DNA of 64,000 bases from an uncultured Bacilli bacterium. Lineage in GTDB: Bacteria; Bacillota_I; Bacilli_A; RF39; UBA660. Both the position numbers and the translations under genes were made by a program. The stretch's first letter is position 1. Each line of letters starts with the position of its first letter. The stretch spans positions 2,474 to 66,473 of the forward strand of contig CALVVF010000001.1 of assembly GCA_944363785.1 (NCBI GenBank), in the 5' to 3' direction. This document shows positions 31,796-42,733 of the stretch, piece by piece. The notes below the pieces were generated by a model that was not told the origin of the DNA, did not search any database, and saw nothing but the letters and a program-made list of their open reading frames with translations.

Positions 31796-33394
31796 TTAAG
31801 CCGTTAAATCTTCATATCGTTTTACTTTTTGATCATTTTTCTCTAATTGTTCATTCATTTCTTTTTGAATTCGTTCAATTTTGTCTTTGTTATCTGTCAG
31901 TTCTTTTTCCATATTTGAAATAGAAGAGAATAACTCTTGATATTCTGGTAAAACATCTTGATATTGACTAAAATTCTCTTCAAAATTTTGTTTTAGTTCA
32001 GCAATACTTTTTAAACTGTAATCGACAAGAAAAGTCACTTGATCAACATCACTAATTGCCATAGTAATATCTTCTTGATAGTTTTTAATATCCGCAACTA
32101 ACTGTACTTCTTCAACTTCTTTGGGATGTAATAGTTCATTTAATAAATGAATCGCCAGTAAAGCTTCAACCGTAGTTGCGCCCACTGACTCCATAAAAGG
32201 TTTCTTTTTTAAAAGAGCCATAAAAAGAAGCATTTGACCGATCACCGATAGAGAACTTTTTAATCTAGTTTTAACGATTTTTTCTACATGAACCGCTTCT
32301 TCTACTTTTCTTTTTATTTCTTCTAGTTGTTGATTAGCTTCATCGATTATTTTTTGAAGTTCATTAGTTGTTTTTTCAATTTCTAAGTAGTCCCATTTTA
32401 ATGCTTCAAATTCATCATCCCGAAGTTCTAGTTCATCTTGTTTTTCGCTTATTTGTTGTTGTAGCGCTTCCTGCATCTGTTCAAATAAAATAATCTCTTC
32501 TATAATCGATAAGTATTCAGGACTTCTTTTGAAGTCAGATACCTGTTCTATAACCAAATCTTGTTCGACCTGATGTTTATATTGATCGACTAGATAAGTA
32601 AAATAATCATCCTGTAATTGATAAATATTATCTAAATCATCAGTATCGATTAAAAGACTAATCTCTTTTTTGATTTGTTCTAAGCGATCGAGTAGTCTTT
32701 CTATTTCTTCTTGTAAATAATTGGCATCCGTTAAAGTAAAAACATCTTCTGTTTCTTGTTCTAAGATTTGATATTCACTAATTAATTTATCTAATTGATA
32801 TTGATTCTCTTTCACTAAGTTTTCTAATTCTTGAACGACTTTTAATTCTAAAGCAGGATTATCTTGATCAAAAGAAAGGGGAGAGTATTCTTCCTTTTCT
32901 TCCTTTTCGGAAAGTTCTTCTAAAGGAACTCCTGCTTTCTTTTTCGGTTTAATTCTTCTCGGTGTTACTTGTTTTGGTTTTTCCTGAATTCCTTCTTCCG
33001 TTAGCTCTAAATCTTCTTGTTTTTTCTCTTGTTTGTGTTCCGGTTTTTTTTCTTCTTGATGAATAATTTCGTCTTTATTTTCTTTACTAGTAATAACTTT
33101 ATCCGTATTTTTATTCTCGATCTCTTTTTTCTTTTCTTCTTCTAATTCCTCTTCTAAGGAAACACAAGTACCTGCTTTTTTCTTTCTTACTATTCTTTGT
33201 CTTGGTTGATTAGACGGTGGAGTAACTTCTGGTTTCTTTAATTTAATCTCTGTTTTTTCTTCAAGTTGTTTTTTCTCGTGTTCTTGTTTTATTTCTAATT
33301 CTAATTCTTTTCTTTTTTTCTTCTTTTGGCGATTACGTTCAGAGATAAGTAAATCTCTTTTTCCACCTTTAGCCCCTTTATTTTCACTAAACAT
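31796..33394 (-). CDS. Hypothetical protein, charged disordered N-terminus and acidic coiled-coil
   Basis: 532-aa ORF with RBS AGAGGAG; E/K/Q-rich heptads; one hydrophobic segment. Confidence 0.75.
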   Translation of the reverse strand: MFSENKGAKGGKRDLLISERNRQKKKKRKELELEIKQEHEKKQLEEKTEIKLKKPEVTPPSNQPRQRIVRKKKAGTCVSLEEELEEEKKKEIENKNTDKVITSKENKDEIIHQEEKKPEHKQEKKQEDLELTEEGIQEKPKQVTPRRIKPKKKAGVPLEELSEKEEKEEYSPLSFDQDNPALELKVVQELENLVKENQYQLDKLISEYQILEQETEDVFTLTDANYLQEEIERLLDRLEQIKKEISLLIDTDDLDNIYQLQDDYFTYLVDQYKHQVEQDLVIEQVSDFKRSPEYLSIIEEIILFEQMQEALQQQISEKQDELELRDDEFEALKWDYLEIEKTTNELQKIIDEANQQLEEIKRKVEEAVHVEKIVKTRLKSSLSVIGQMLLFMALLKKKPFMESVGATTVEALLAIHLLNELLHPKEVEEVQLVADIKNYQEDITMAISDVDQVTFLVDYSLKSIAELKQNFEENFSQYQDVLPEYQELFSSISNMEKELTDNKDKIERIQKEMNEQLEKNDQKVKRYEDLTA

Positions 33395-33580
33395 AGTATC
33401 TCCTCTTTTTAACTTATAGTATTATACTCGATATATAGGAAAAAAGTAAACCTGTTTTTAAACAATATGAACAAAACCATGAGGCCAATATTTTTTCTCT
33501 TCCTAACGGAATTCTACTTTTAAGTGGTATAATAATGGCGAAAAAAGCAGTATATTTGTCTCGTTAGGAGGAAATATTTT

Positions 33581-34378
33581 ATGGATCAAAAAAAGATTGG
33601 CAAATTCATTGCCCAGTTAAGAACAGAACGGAATTGGACCCAAACAGAATTAGGAGAAAAATTAGGGGTCAGTTATAAGGCAGTAAGTAAATGGGAAAAT
33701 GGGATCTGTTTACCAGATGCTTCTCTATATAATGATATATGTAAAATATTTAAAATTACCAAAGATGAATTGTTTGCGGGAAGTAGGAAAGAGATTAGTT
33801 ATCACGATAGAACCAGTTTTATTTTATTAATTCTTTGCCTAGTTTCTATCAGTATTTGTTTATTTATCCCACCCATCATCTCTAATGAAACGATAACTAT
33901 GTGTATAGTAGGAATAACACTCATCATTACTTTAGGATATTTTACTTTAAATATGGATAAATTAATAAATATCGATAAACAGAATAAAAAAATCAAAGTA
34001 ATCAAAATCGTAAATTATGGCATAATCCTTCTTGTTCCTATTTTTCTTCTTGGTGCTTCTGTATTTAAAGATTACATAGAAAGTGAAATAACAGCAATCT
34101 CTATCATATCTTTACTTATCGCAAGTGGAGTATTCTTCTACCGTTTTCCCTACAATAGATATATAGGCTTAAGATTACCATGGACAGTAAGAGATGAATC
34201 TACTTGGATCATCGCTCATCAGATATTAGGAATGATCTCGTTACCAATTTCGATCTTAACGTTGATTACGACGTTATACTTTCGTTCTGAAATCTGTCTC
34301 ATTACGGGAACTCTTTTATGGATACTTATCCCCAGTATTATTTCCGCAGTTCATTTCTATAGATTGTTTTGTAAATGA
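33581..34378 (+). CDS. XRE-family HTH regulator fused to membrane SdpI/YhfL-like domain
   Basis: TQTELGEKLGVSYKAVSKWENG; PYNRYIGLRLPWT...TW..AH SdpI-type motif. Confidence 0.85.
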   Translation: MDQKKIGKFIAQLRTERNWTQTELGEKLGVSYKAVSKWENGICLPDASLYNDICKIFKITKDELFAGSRKEISYHDRTSFILLILCLVSISICLFIPPIISNETITMCIVGITLIITLGYFTLNMDKLINIDKQNKKIKVIKIVNYGIILLVPIFLLGASVFKDYIESEITAISIISLLIASGVFFYRFPYNRYIGLRLPWTVRDESTWIIAHQILGMISLPISILTLITTLYFRSEICLITGTLLWILIPSIISAVHFYRLFCK

Positions 34379-34454
34379 TCTTAGTAAAAGTAAAGAACAC
34401 CTACTCACCAAACTAATTTAATGATAAAATGATAGTAGGAAAGAGGCGAGTAAG

Positions 34455-34838
34455 ATGAAGAAAAGACTTAATATTATTCTAATAGGAATAGTAGTAATCA
34501 TTATCTTGATTAGTATCTACTTAATCGGCTACAGAAATGGTCAACATTCAGAAGATAACCCTCAAAACCAACAAACCTTTTATGCTTCGATCAAAGATAT
34601 CACGGCTAATTATCTTCTTGTTGAAGGGTTAGAAGTCAATGATATAAATTATCGAAGCGAATTTACTTTTTCCCTCAGTGAAAACACAAAGCTATTATGG
34701 CGAGGAGAAAAAATTGATCCATCCGCTTTAAAGATCGATGATCATATAGCGATCACTTTTCAAGGGGAAGTATTAGAGTCTTATCCTGCCCAACTGACAG
34801 AAGTTATAAAAATAGAATTATTAGATGATGAAAAATAA
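34455..34838 (+). CDS. Small exported protein (DUF3221/YobA-like)
   Basis: N-terminal TM; GEVLESYPAQ motif. Confidence 0.65.
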   Translation: MKKRLNIILIGIVVIIILISIYLIGYRNGQHSEDNPQNQQTFYASIKDITANYLLVEGLEVNDINYRSEFTFSLSENTKLLWRGEKIDPSALKIDDHIAITFQGEVLESYPAQLTEVIKIELLDDEK

Positions 34839-35055
34839 GAAAAGATTAACGAGCTTAAATCTTGAGTAAACAAAAGTTTTTTTGAATTACTCAGGATTTT
34901 TTTGTATATTTAATGACCGAACATCTAACCAAAATTGATATAAAAAAAAGTAACAAATACTTTTATTTGAATAATACCTATAGTATACTTATCCTAAGTG
35001 AGATGTCACTGATGAGTAATGATAAAATTTGAAAATATGATTAAGGAGAAAAACG

Positions 35056-35313
35056 ATGAATGAGTTAGAAAAAAGAATTGAAGCAATAGAAAAAAGAAAT
35101 AAAAAAGTAGAAACAGATAAAGCCTGGGAAACCTCTTGGACTAGAAAAATTTGTATAATGATACTAACGTATATAGTGGTTATTTTATACTCTTATTTAG
35201 TAAGAAATTACGATAACATTTTACTAAGTTCCCTTGTTCCTGTTGTTGGTTTTGCTTTATCTACATTATCTCTTAAGTTAATTAGAAAAGTATGGGAAAA
35301 TAAGAGTAAATAG
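35056..35313 (+). CDS. Small two-TM hypothetical protein
   Basis: RBS AAGGAG; RNKKVETDKAWETSWTR followed by two hydrophobic helices. Confidence 0.75.
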   Translation: MNELEKRIEAIEKRNKKVETDKAWETSWTRKICIMILTYIVVILYSYLVRNYDNILLSSLVPVVGFALSTLSLKLIRKVWENKSK

Positions 35314-35463
35314 AAAAATATAAATAAATTTCAAAACAAATGTTTAGAAAAACTTTTAGTCGCCATTTCTATTAAGTGAGAAAATACAATCTTGTCATGG
35401 AAAAAAATTGTCAAATAAGACAAAATATTGTATAATGATGGAGGCAAAAGAGAGGAGTACATT

Positions 35464-37080
35464 ATGGAAAAAATATATATTTTTGGGCATCAGCGACCAG
35501 ATACGGATTCCGTAACTAGTGCGATAGCTCTATCTTATTTAAAAAATACATTAGGGTTAAATACTGAGGCTAGGGTTTTAGGAGAAATTAATCGCGAAAC
35601 CAAATTTGTCTTAGATTATTTTAAAGTTAAAGCGCCTAAACTACTAAATGATGTAAAATTACAATTAAAAGATTTGTATTATCATAAGAATTATGCGCTA
35701 AATCAAAATTCATCGATCGGGGAAACTTATCAATATCTATTAGATAAGGGGATTACTGGTGTACCGATTGTCGATGATAGTAATAAATTTGTTGGTTTAG
35801 TGACTATTAAAACGATAGCCAAGAATATGATTAATGGTAATTTTAATCATTTAGATACTTCTTACGATAATTTATTAAAAACATTAGAGGGAGAAGAAGT
35901 ACTTAGATTTGATGAAGAAATTAATGGAGAATTAGTAACAGCTGCTTATCGTAGTACGACTATTTTTAGTCAAGTTCATCTTAATCCTCAACATATTTTA
36001 ATCGTAGGAGATCGTCATAGTGTAATTGAATATGCGATTGAAAATAAAGTAAAATTAATGATTATTGTCGGAAGTGGGGAACTAAAAGAAGAACACTCAG
36101 CATTAGCGAAGAAACATAAAGTAAATATTATTCGTACTTCATTAGATACCTTTCATACCTGTAAGTTAATCAACTTAAGTAACTACATCAAAACTTTGAT
36201 CATAGGAGATCGTCCGTATACTTTCGATGAGAATTACTATTATGATGATTTCATCGCTAAAACTTCAAAATTAAAACACAATAACTATCCAATTATCAGT
36301 AAAAATGGAACGTGTAAGGGTCTAATTCGTATTACAGAAATCACAGAGAAAAACCGAAAAAAAGTAATTCTAGTCGATCATAACGAATTAGAACAAAGTG
36401 CTGAAGGATTAGACGAAGCAGAAATTATGGAAATTGTCGATCATCATAAAATTGGTACGATTTCGACAAAAAATCCGATTAATTTCAGAAATATGGCTGT
36501 AGGTAGTACCAATACCATTATCTATTTCCTATATAAAGAAAATCATATCGATATTCCTGAACATATCGCTGGGTTGATGGTATCTGGTATCTTATCAGAT
36601 ACATTAGCCCTAACTAGTCCAACGACAACTAAAGTAGATCGAACAGTAGCGAAAGAACTTGCTTACCTAGCTGGTATCGATATTGAAAAATACTCATTAG
36701 AAATGTTTAAAGCAGGTACTTCATTAGCCGGAAAAACCGAAGAAGAAGTCATCTTCACCGATATCAAAAGTTTCCAAAATGAAGAGAAGACATTCGCAAT
36801 TAGCCAAGTATTTACTTTAAACTTTGAAGAGATTATCCAAAAGAAAGATACCTATATTCATCTAATCGAAAAACTACAAGCCGATCAAAACTATGACTTA
36901 GTTTTACTTGTCGTAACCGATATTATTAAAAATGGTTCTTATGTCTTCTATACAAGAGAAAATCAAGAACTTCTAGAAGCAGCATTTAATAAAGAACATT
37001 TAAGTCAAGGCTATTATTTAGATGGTTTTGTCTCTCGTAAGAAACAATTTGTACCATTAGTCATGGATGTATTAAAGTAA
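35464..37080 (+). CDS. ppaC: Mn-dependent inorganic pyrophosphatase with CBS/DRTGG insert
   Basis: GHQRPDTDS, IVGDR, LVDHNE, VDHH, ILSDT, VSRKKQ; RBS GAGGAG before ATG 35464. Confidence 0.95.
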   Translation: MEKIYIFGHQRPDTDSVTSAIALSYLKNTLGLNTEARVLGEINRETKFVLDYFKVKAPKLLNDVKLQLKDLYYHKNYALNQNSSIGETYQYLLDKGITGVPIVDDSNKFVGLVTIKTIAKNMINGNFNHLDTSYDNLLKTLEGEEVLRFDEEINGELVTAAYRSTTIFSQVHLNPQHILIVGDRHSVIEYAIENKVKLMIIVGSGELKEEHSALAKKHKVNIIRTSLDTFHTCKLINLSNYIKTLIIGDRPYTFDENYYYDDFIAKTSKLKHNNYPIISKNGTCKGLIRITEITEKNRKKVILVDHNELEQSAEGLDEAEIMEIVDHHKIGTISTKNPINFRNMAVGSTNTIIYFLYKENHIDIPEHIAGLMVSGILSDTLALTSPTTTKVDRTVAKELAYLAGIDIEKYSLEMFKAGTSLAGKTEEEVIFTDIKSFQNEEKTFAISQVFTLNFEEIIQKKDTYIHLIEKLQADQNYDLVLLVVTDIIKNGSYVFYTRENQELLEAAFNKEHLSQGYYLDGFVSRKKQFVPLVMDVLK

Positions 37081-37160
37081 GAAATTAATAAACAAAAAAA
37101 CACATTCATATACTTTATTAGTTATGTTATAATTAGTGTTAGATAGTGAGGAGAGTTAGT

Positions 37161-38027
37161 GTGAAAAATATAATATTAGTCATTAAAGGGTTTATTATGG
37201 GGATAGCGAATATTATTCCCGGAGTAAGTGGAGGAACTTTGGCGCTAACCTTAGGAATCTATGAAGATTTCATTGGGGCGATCAGTCATTTCTTCCGTAA
37301 TATTAAAAAACATGTGAAATTTTTATTACCTATCTTTATTGGTATCTTATTATCCGTAATTACGATGAGTAATGTCATTTCTACTTGTTTTGACAAGTAT
37401 CCGATTCCAACTACCTTATTCTTTATGGGATTAGTTATCGGTGGTATTCCGATGTTATTAAAACGAGTAAAAAATACTAAAGAAAAGAAACAAGTATCGA
37501 GTTATGTGATTGCTTTAATTACATTCTCGATCGTTATGGTTATGGCTTTTTCTGAACAGATATTCGGCAGTGGGTTAGGTAATGTTAGTTTCAGTAATAT
37601 GGCAGTACTCGACTATGGAATTTTATTCCTTGTCGGTCTAATTGCGGCAGCTACTATGGTCATTCCTGGAGTAAGTGGTTCTTTAGTATTGATGTTACTT
37701 GGGTATTACTTACCAATTATCGGTGTATTAAAAGAACTAACGAAATTGGAAAACTTAGGACCTAATTTACTCGTTGCCTTTATCTTTGGACTAGGAGTTC
37801 TTGCCGGTATCGTCGTTATTTCGAAAATAATTGAATACTTATTAGAAAAATTTGAAGCAAAAACCTTCTTTGGTGTAATTGGTTTTATCTTAGCTTCTAT
37901 TATTGCGATTCCTGTTTCGGTATACCACGAAGTAGGAACGGTTGTCTTTAATGTTCCTCAAGGAATACTTGGTGTTTTATTCTTAGCTATTGGTATTGTA
38001 ATCGGCTATAAGTTAGGAGAAAAATAA
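37161..38027 (+). CDS. DUF368 family undecaprenyl-phosphate translocase
   Basis: Duplicated IPGVSGGT / IPGVSGS re-entrant motifs. Confidence 0.92.
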   Translation: MKNIILVIKGFIMGIANIIPGVSGGTLALTLGIYEDFIGAISHFFRNIKKHVKFLLPIFIGILLSVITMSNVISTCFDKYPIPTTLFFMGLVIGGIPMLLKRVKNTKEKKQVSSYVIALITFSIVMVMAFSEQIFGSGLGNVSFSNMAVLDYGILFLVGLIAAATMVIPGVSGSLVLMLLGYYLPIIGVLKELTKLENLGPNLLVAFIFGLGVLAGIVVISKIIEYLLEKFEAKTFFGVIGFILASIIAIPVSVYHEVGTVVFNVPQGILGVLFLAIGIVIGYKLGEK

Positions 38028-38028
38028 C

Positions 38029-38844
38029 ATGGATTTCGGGGTTATTCTATTAGCAATTATTCAAGGAATTGCCGAGTTTTTACCGATTTCATCAAGTGCG
38101 CATTTAATTATTTTCCGTGATTTATTTGGACTTGCGCAAAATACGATAACGGGGAATATGGAACTTGCCTTTGATATTGCCCTTCATTTTGGTACATTGC
38201 TAGCCATTTTAGTGTATTTCTTTAAAGATTTCTTTAAAATGGTTATCTCTGGTATCACTAAAGGAACTAAACAAAAAGAAGGCAAACTCTTCTGGTATAT
38301 TGTCGCAGCGACTATTCCTGCTGCGATTGCGGGGGTTTTATTTGAAGAAACGGTCGAAAATGTCATTCGTAAAAACTACATCTTAATCGGTCTAGCTTTG
38401 ATCATTATGGGTTTTATTATCTATCTTGTCGATAAAAAAGCTAAACAACAAAAAAGTGTAACGGACATGAATTTAAAAGAAGCTATTCTAATCGGTTGTA
38501 GTCAAGTATTTGCCCTCATACCTGGTTTTTCTAGAAGTGGTACTACCATAGCTGCTGCTAGAAGTCTAAAATTAAACCGGGAAGATGCAGCTAAGTTTTC
38601 CTTTTACTTATCAGCACCTGTTGTCTGTGGGGCAGTGGTACTTAGTATATTCAAAGAAAGTACTATCGTTGCGATCAGCAGTAATCTAAGTGTCTTTGTC
38701 GTTGGAATTTTAGTTGCTTTTATCTCAGGGTTACTATGTATCGAATTTTTATTAAAATATATTAAAAAGCATGATTTTAAAATATTTATGTGGTATCGTA
38801 CTATACTAGGAGTAATTGTCATTGTTTATACGTTATTAAGATAG
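38029..38844 (+). CDS. uppP: Undecaprenyl-diphosphatase
   Basis: QGIAEFLPISSSAHL, PGFSRSGTT, AAKFSF. Confidence 0.96.
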   Translation: MDFGVILLAIIQGIAEFLPISSSAHLIIFRDLFGLAQNTITGNMELAFDIALHFGTLLAILVYFFKDFFKMVISGITKGTKQKEGKLFWYIVAATIPAAIAGVLFEETVENVIRKNYILIGLALIIMGFIIYLVDKKAKQQKSVTDMNLKEAILIGCSQVFALIPGFSRSGTTIAAARSLKLNREDAAKFSFYLSAPVVCGAVVLSIFKESTIVAISSNLSVFVVGILVAFISGLLCIEFLLKYIKKHDFKIFMWYRTILGVIVIVYTLLR

Positions 38845-38854
38845 GAGAAAAACT

Positions 38855-39622
38855 ATGGATGGATTATTACTTACATTAATACTAGGATTATTTATTATCG
38901 TTGGTGCTTGCATTGTTTTTCTAACTAAGAATAACGATAAATTCATTGAGTTTTCTATTGCCTTAGCGGCTGGTGTTATTTTCATGTTATTATGGATCGA
39001 TATCTTACCAGAAGCCTATGAGGGAATTGAAGCGAGTAGTGGGTGGTGGAAAGCCCTTTATATTGTCGCAGGCACGTTGATTGGATTTTGTTTGTTAAAA
39101 GGACTAGATCATTTTATTCCTGATCATGAGGATGATTTAACTACAGATAAAGATGATCATGCTAACTTGAAGCATATTGGTTTAATTTCCAGTGTAGCTT
39201 TAGTCCTTCATAATATTGTCGAAGGAATGGCGATTTATACTTTAACGATCAGTGATTTTACTGCTGGTATAATGGCAAGCCTAGGGGTAGGGCTACACAA
39301 TATTCCTTTAGGAATGGTAATTGCTTCTACTTTTTATCAGACAACGAAAGATAAGAAAAAGACTTGGTGGTTAATCATTCTAATTTCTCTTTCTACCTTT
39401 TTAGGAGGATTAATTGTCTATGTGTTCCACTTTATGGAGATCATGAGCGTGATTAAGACCATTTCTCTAACCCTTACCCTTGGCATGTTACTTTATATAT
39501 TTACGATGGAATTATTACCTAAGATGATGCATAGTAAAAACAAAAAAATAACGATAAGTGGTTGTTTGTTGGGAGTTATCTTGGTGTTACTTACTTTATT
39601 GATGCATGGACATCATCATTAG
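38855..39622 (+). CDS. ZIP-family metal transporter
   Basis: LHNIVEG, LHNIPLG, IPDHE loop, His-rich tail. Confidence 0.9.
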   Translation: MDGLLLTLILGLFIIVGACIVFLTKNNDKFIEFSIALAAGVIFMLLWIDILPEAYEGIEASSGWWKALYIVAGTLIGFCLLKGLDHFIPDHEDDLTTDKDDHANLKHIGLISSVALVLHNIVEGMAIYTLTISDFTAGIMASLGVGLHNIPLGMVIASTFYQTTKDKKKTWWLIILISLSTFLGGLIVYVFHFMEIMSVIKTISLTLTLGMLLYIFTMELLPKMMHSKNKKITISGCLLGVILVLLTLLMHGHHH

Positions 39623-39634
39623 AGGAGGAAAAAA

Positions 39635-39991
39635 ATGTTATTGATTGAATATCCAAAATGTTCTACTTGTCAGAAAGCAAAGAAATTTCTTCTTGATCAT
39701 CAACTGGTATTTGAAGACAGAAATATCGTAGCTATGCCACCGACCGAAGAAGAGATCAATCAGTTTCTAGCTTGGGGCATTCCGATAGGAAAGTTGTTTA
39801 ATACGAGTGGCATGCTTTACCGCCAGTTAGGGTTAAAGGACAAGCTACCCATGATGAGCGAAAAGGAAAAGATTTCTTTACTCGCTTCTAATGGAATGTT
39901 AGTAAAAAGACCATTACTGATCGTTGGAGAAAAAGTACTTGTTGGCTTTAAAGAACAAGAATGGGCAAAAATAGTAAAGGAGAATAGGTAA
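39635..39991 (+). CDS. ArsC/Spx-family protein
   Basis: YPKCSTCQKA, FNTSG..YR, MLVKRP. Confidence 0.9.
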   Translation: MLLIEYPKCSTCQKAKKFLLDHQLVFEDRNIVAMPPTEEEINQFLAWGIPIGKLFNTSGMLYRQLGLKDKLPMMSEKEKISLLASNGMLVKRPLLIVGEKVLVGFKEQEWAKIVKENR

Positions 39992-40356
39992 TGAAAGAAT
40001 TAAAATTATATACGTGTAAACATTGTGGTTGTACAGTAAAATTATTAACCGAGGAGAATCATCTATCTTGCTGTGGAGAAGAAATGCAGGAAGTGATCCC
40101 TAATTCAGTAGAAGCTAGTTTTGAAAAACATATGCCTGTTTATCAAAAAGTAGGGGATAATATGGAAATTACTGTCCCTCATGTTATGGAAGAAGCTCAT
40201 TATATTGAATGGATCTATGTTAAGGGTGAAAAAGAAAATCATGAACGTTTACTTACACCTGGAGAAGAAGCAAAATTTGTAGTTCCTTATGAAAAAGGAG
40301 CTTTGATTTATTCCTATTGTAATTTACACGGCTTATGGAAAGTAGAGGTCGAATAA
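39991..40356 (+). CDS. dfx: Desulfoferrodoxin (superoxide reductase)
   Basis: CKHCG...[28 protein letters not shown]. Confidence 0.93.
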   Translation: MKELKLYTCKHCGCTVKLLTEENHLSCCGEEMQEVIPNSVEASFEKHMPVYQKVGDNMEITVPHVMEEAHYIEWIYVKGEKENHERLLTPGEEAKFVVPYEKGALIYSYCNLHGLWKVEVE

Positions 40357-40357
40357 T

Positions 40358-41011
40358 ATGGATAATAAAGCTTTAGAAATGATTTCTTATGGTATGTATA
40401 TCGTAACGACAAAGGATGAAGAGAAAAACTACGGTTGTGTAATCAACACCCTAACTCAAGTAACCGCAAAGAATGTGTTAGTTGCGATTACTTTAAATAA
40501 AGAAAACGCCACTAATCAAGCCCTTAAGGCAAGTAAAAAGTGTGCGGTATCGATTTTATCAGAACAAGCAACGAGTGATTTGATTGCCCAATTTGGTTAT
40601 TTTTCTTCCCGTGATACCGATAAGTTTCAATCTGTTTACTACCAGGAAGTAGAAGAGCTTCCTGTAGTTACTGATGGTGTTTGTAGTTACATAATCGGGG
40701 AAGTCGTGAATATAGTATCTTGTGATACGCATGATATTTTCATCTTACGAGTAAGTAAAGCCGAAAAATTAACGGAAGAAAAACCGATGACTTATCGTTA
40801 TTATCATGAAGTACTAAAAGGAAAAGCATCTTCTAAAGCACCTACTTATCAAGAAGAAAAGGTAGTTTCTAATGGTAAAAAATATCGTTGTACTATCTGT
40901 GGTTATATCTATGATGATGAAAAAGAAGCAGTAAAATTCGAAGATTTACCAGAAGATTGGAAATGCCCACGTTGTGGAGTAGGAAAAGATAAATTCGTAA
41001 AAATAGATTAA
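40358..41011 (+). CDS. Flavin reductase-like domain fused to rubredoxin
   Basis: [23 protein letters not shown]; C-terminal [11 protein letters not shown]...WKCPRCG. Confidence 0.92.
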   Translation: MDNKALEMISYGMYIVTTKDEEKNYGCVINTLTQVTAKNVLVAITLNKENATNQALKASKKCAVSILSEQATSDLIAQFGYFSSRDTDKFQSVYYQEVEELPVVTDGVCSYIIGEVVNIVSCDTHDIFILRVSKAEKLTEEKPMTYRYYHEVLKGKASSKAPTYQEEKVVSNGKKYRCTICGYIYDDEKEAVKFEDLPEDWKCPRCGVGKDKFVKID

Positions 41012-41012
41012 A

Positions 41013-41046
41013 AAAAGGGAACTAGTTCAAACGACTAGTTCCTTTT
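41013..41046. terminator. Bidirectional terminator
   Basis: GGAACTAGT-tcaaacg-ACTAGTTCC flanked by A and T tracts. Confidence 0.8.
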
Positions 41047-41950
41047 AAAATATAACGGTTTTTAAAATTCTTTCTGTGTTTTTAAAGTTTAATTTGGCTA
41101 CTTCTCTTAACTTGTCTCGTCCATAAGTCTCGACGATTTCTTCACCAATTTTATCGACATTAGGTCCAGCTCCTTTAGGAAGAGGAATATGTAGTGAGTC
41201 AGATAAACGATCAAACTCTTTTAAAAATAAATAACGACTGATAATAGAAGAACAAGCAACCGCTAAGTTCTTATCCTCTGCTTTAGTCATAAAAGTAATT
41301 CCTCTTTGAATCTCTTTAGCTTCTTGAATATATTCATAATAACGGTTTTCTCTAGCGAACTCATCAACGATAATATAGTCATACCCATCCTTTACTTCTT
41401 GAACGAGTTGAACTAAAACCTTGTTGTGCATAATCGCTTTGATCTTATTCATATTTGTCTCTCTTTGATGATGCCTATTATATTCTTCATTGGATAAGAT
41501 AATACTTTTATAACGAATTCTTTTCGCAATTTGAGGAGCTACTTTCAAGATAATTTCATCCGTCATCTTTTTAGAATCCTTTACCCCTAAACCATCTAAA
41601 AAAGAAACATCTTCTTTTCTAACATAACTAGCGGTTACGACGATCGGTCCAAAATAATCCCCAGTTCCTACTTCATCCGAACCGATCGAAGAACAATCAT
41701 GATATGGATTATCTTCTTCTTTTACTTCCTTGGTTTCTACCTGACCGTCCATCTCTTTCCACATCGCTGCATCAACATCAGCACTTACTCCTTGAAACAT
41801 AACCTTTCCCGAAGTGTACATCGTAATGACCGTATCCTCATCATCCGCTTGGAAAACAACATAAGGAATCTCCTTATCTCTCTTCTTAGGAGCATAATAC
41901 TTAATCATCTTTTCTTTGGTTTTCTCACTAACTTTAATTACTACGTTCAT
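41045..41950 (-). CDS. rnhC: Ribonuclease HIII
   Basis: YTSGKVMFQG N-domain; IGSDEVGTGDYFGP, GVKDSKK, VDEF, LPKGAG. Confidence 0.96.
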   Translation of the reverse strand: MNVVIKVSEKTKEKMIKYYAPKKRDKEIPYVVFQADDEDTVITMYTSGKVMFQGVSADVDAAMWKEMDGQVETKEVKEEDNPYHDCSSIGSDEVGTGDYFGPIVVTASYVRKEDVSFLDGLGVKDSKKMTDEIILKVAPQIAKRIRYKSIILSNEEYNRHHQRETNMNKIKAIMHNKVLVQLVQEVKDGYDYIIVDEFARENRYYEYIQEAKEIQRGITFMTKAEDKNLAVACSSIISRYLFLKEFDRLSDSLHIPLPKGAGPNVDKIGEEIVETYGRDKLREVAKLNFKNTERILKTVIF

Positions 41951-42088
41951 CTAATCATTCCTTTTTTTATATTCTATTTTAATCTTACCATATCTAAGCC
42001 GAAGTTTCTATGCTTTCTACTTGTTTTTCTTCTAAAATATGATAGAATGAAACTAAATAGTATAGTAGGTAAGTAGGAAGTGTTTTTT

Positions 42089-42664
42089 ATGAAATGTCCC
42101 CGTTGTCATGCGAATATGGCTGATCGTGACTATTGTATTCGTTGCGGATATATGAAAAATGGTAAAATTATCGGTGAGTACAACCCAATTGATAAAGATT
42201 CTGATTTAAAAGCTTATCAGGATCATTATGAAGAAATGGTATGGAATACGAAGTTATATAAACCTTTTTTCCTGGGATGTTTTTATTTTTCTTGGAATCG
42301 TCATTTATTGGTTGGCTTAGTTAGTGGTTTTATAGGACTAGCTCTTTATTATCTACTAATGCTTCTGCTTGTTAGTTTTCCACTTTTAGATAATATTCCC
42401 ATTAACGAATTCCAGCAGACTTCTCTTTTTATGTTTAATGCGATAGCGATCATCATTATTCGAATAATTTATGCGACAGTTGCGAATACGATTTGTCTAA
42501 GCCTAGATCGTAAAAAGATTTCCTATGTGAAGAAAAAATATCCAGAAGAGTATATGAAAAAATTGTTAAAACAGAAACCTCGTTCTTTTATGCAAGTACT
42601 GATGCATATTATGTTATATTTGTTATTTTTTGTTTTGTTCTTAATCTTAGCTAAAGTGTTTTAA
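42089..42664 (+). CDS. Zinc-ribbon plus membrane hypothetical protein
   Basis: MKCPRC...YCIRCG then 3 hydrophobic segments. Confidence 0.7.
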   Translation: MKCPRCHANMADRDYCIRCGYMKNGKIIGEYNPIDKDSDLKAYQDHYEEMVWNTKLYKPFFLGCFYFSWNRHLLVGLVSGFIGLALYYLLMLLLVSFPLLDNIPINEFQQTSLFMFNAIAIIIIRIIYATVANTICLSLDRKKISYVKKKYPEEYMKKLLKQKPRSFMQVLMHIMLYLLFFVLFLILAKVF

Positions 42665-42733
42665 TAAAAAGATTAGTTGTAAAATAGAAAAAATAACGAT
42701 ATAATAATACTATAGTTAGAAAGGAAGATAGAT

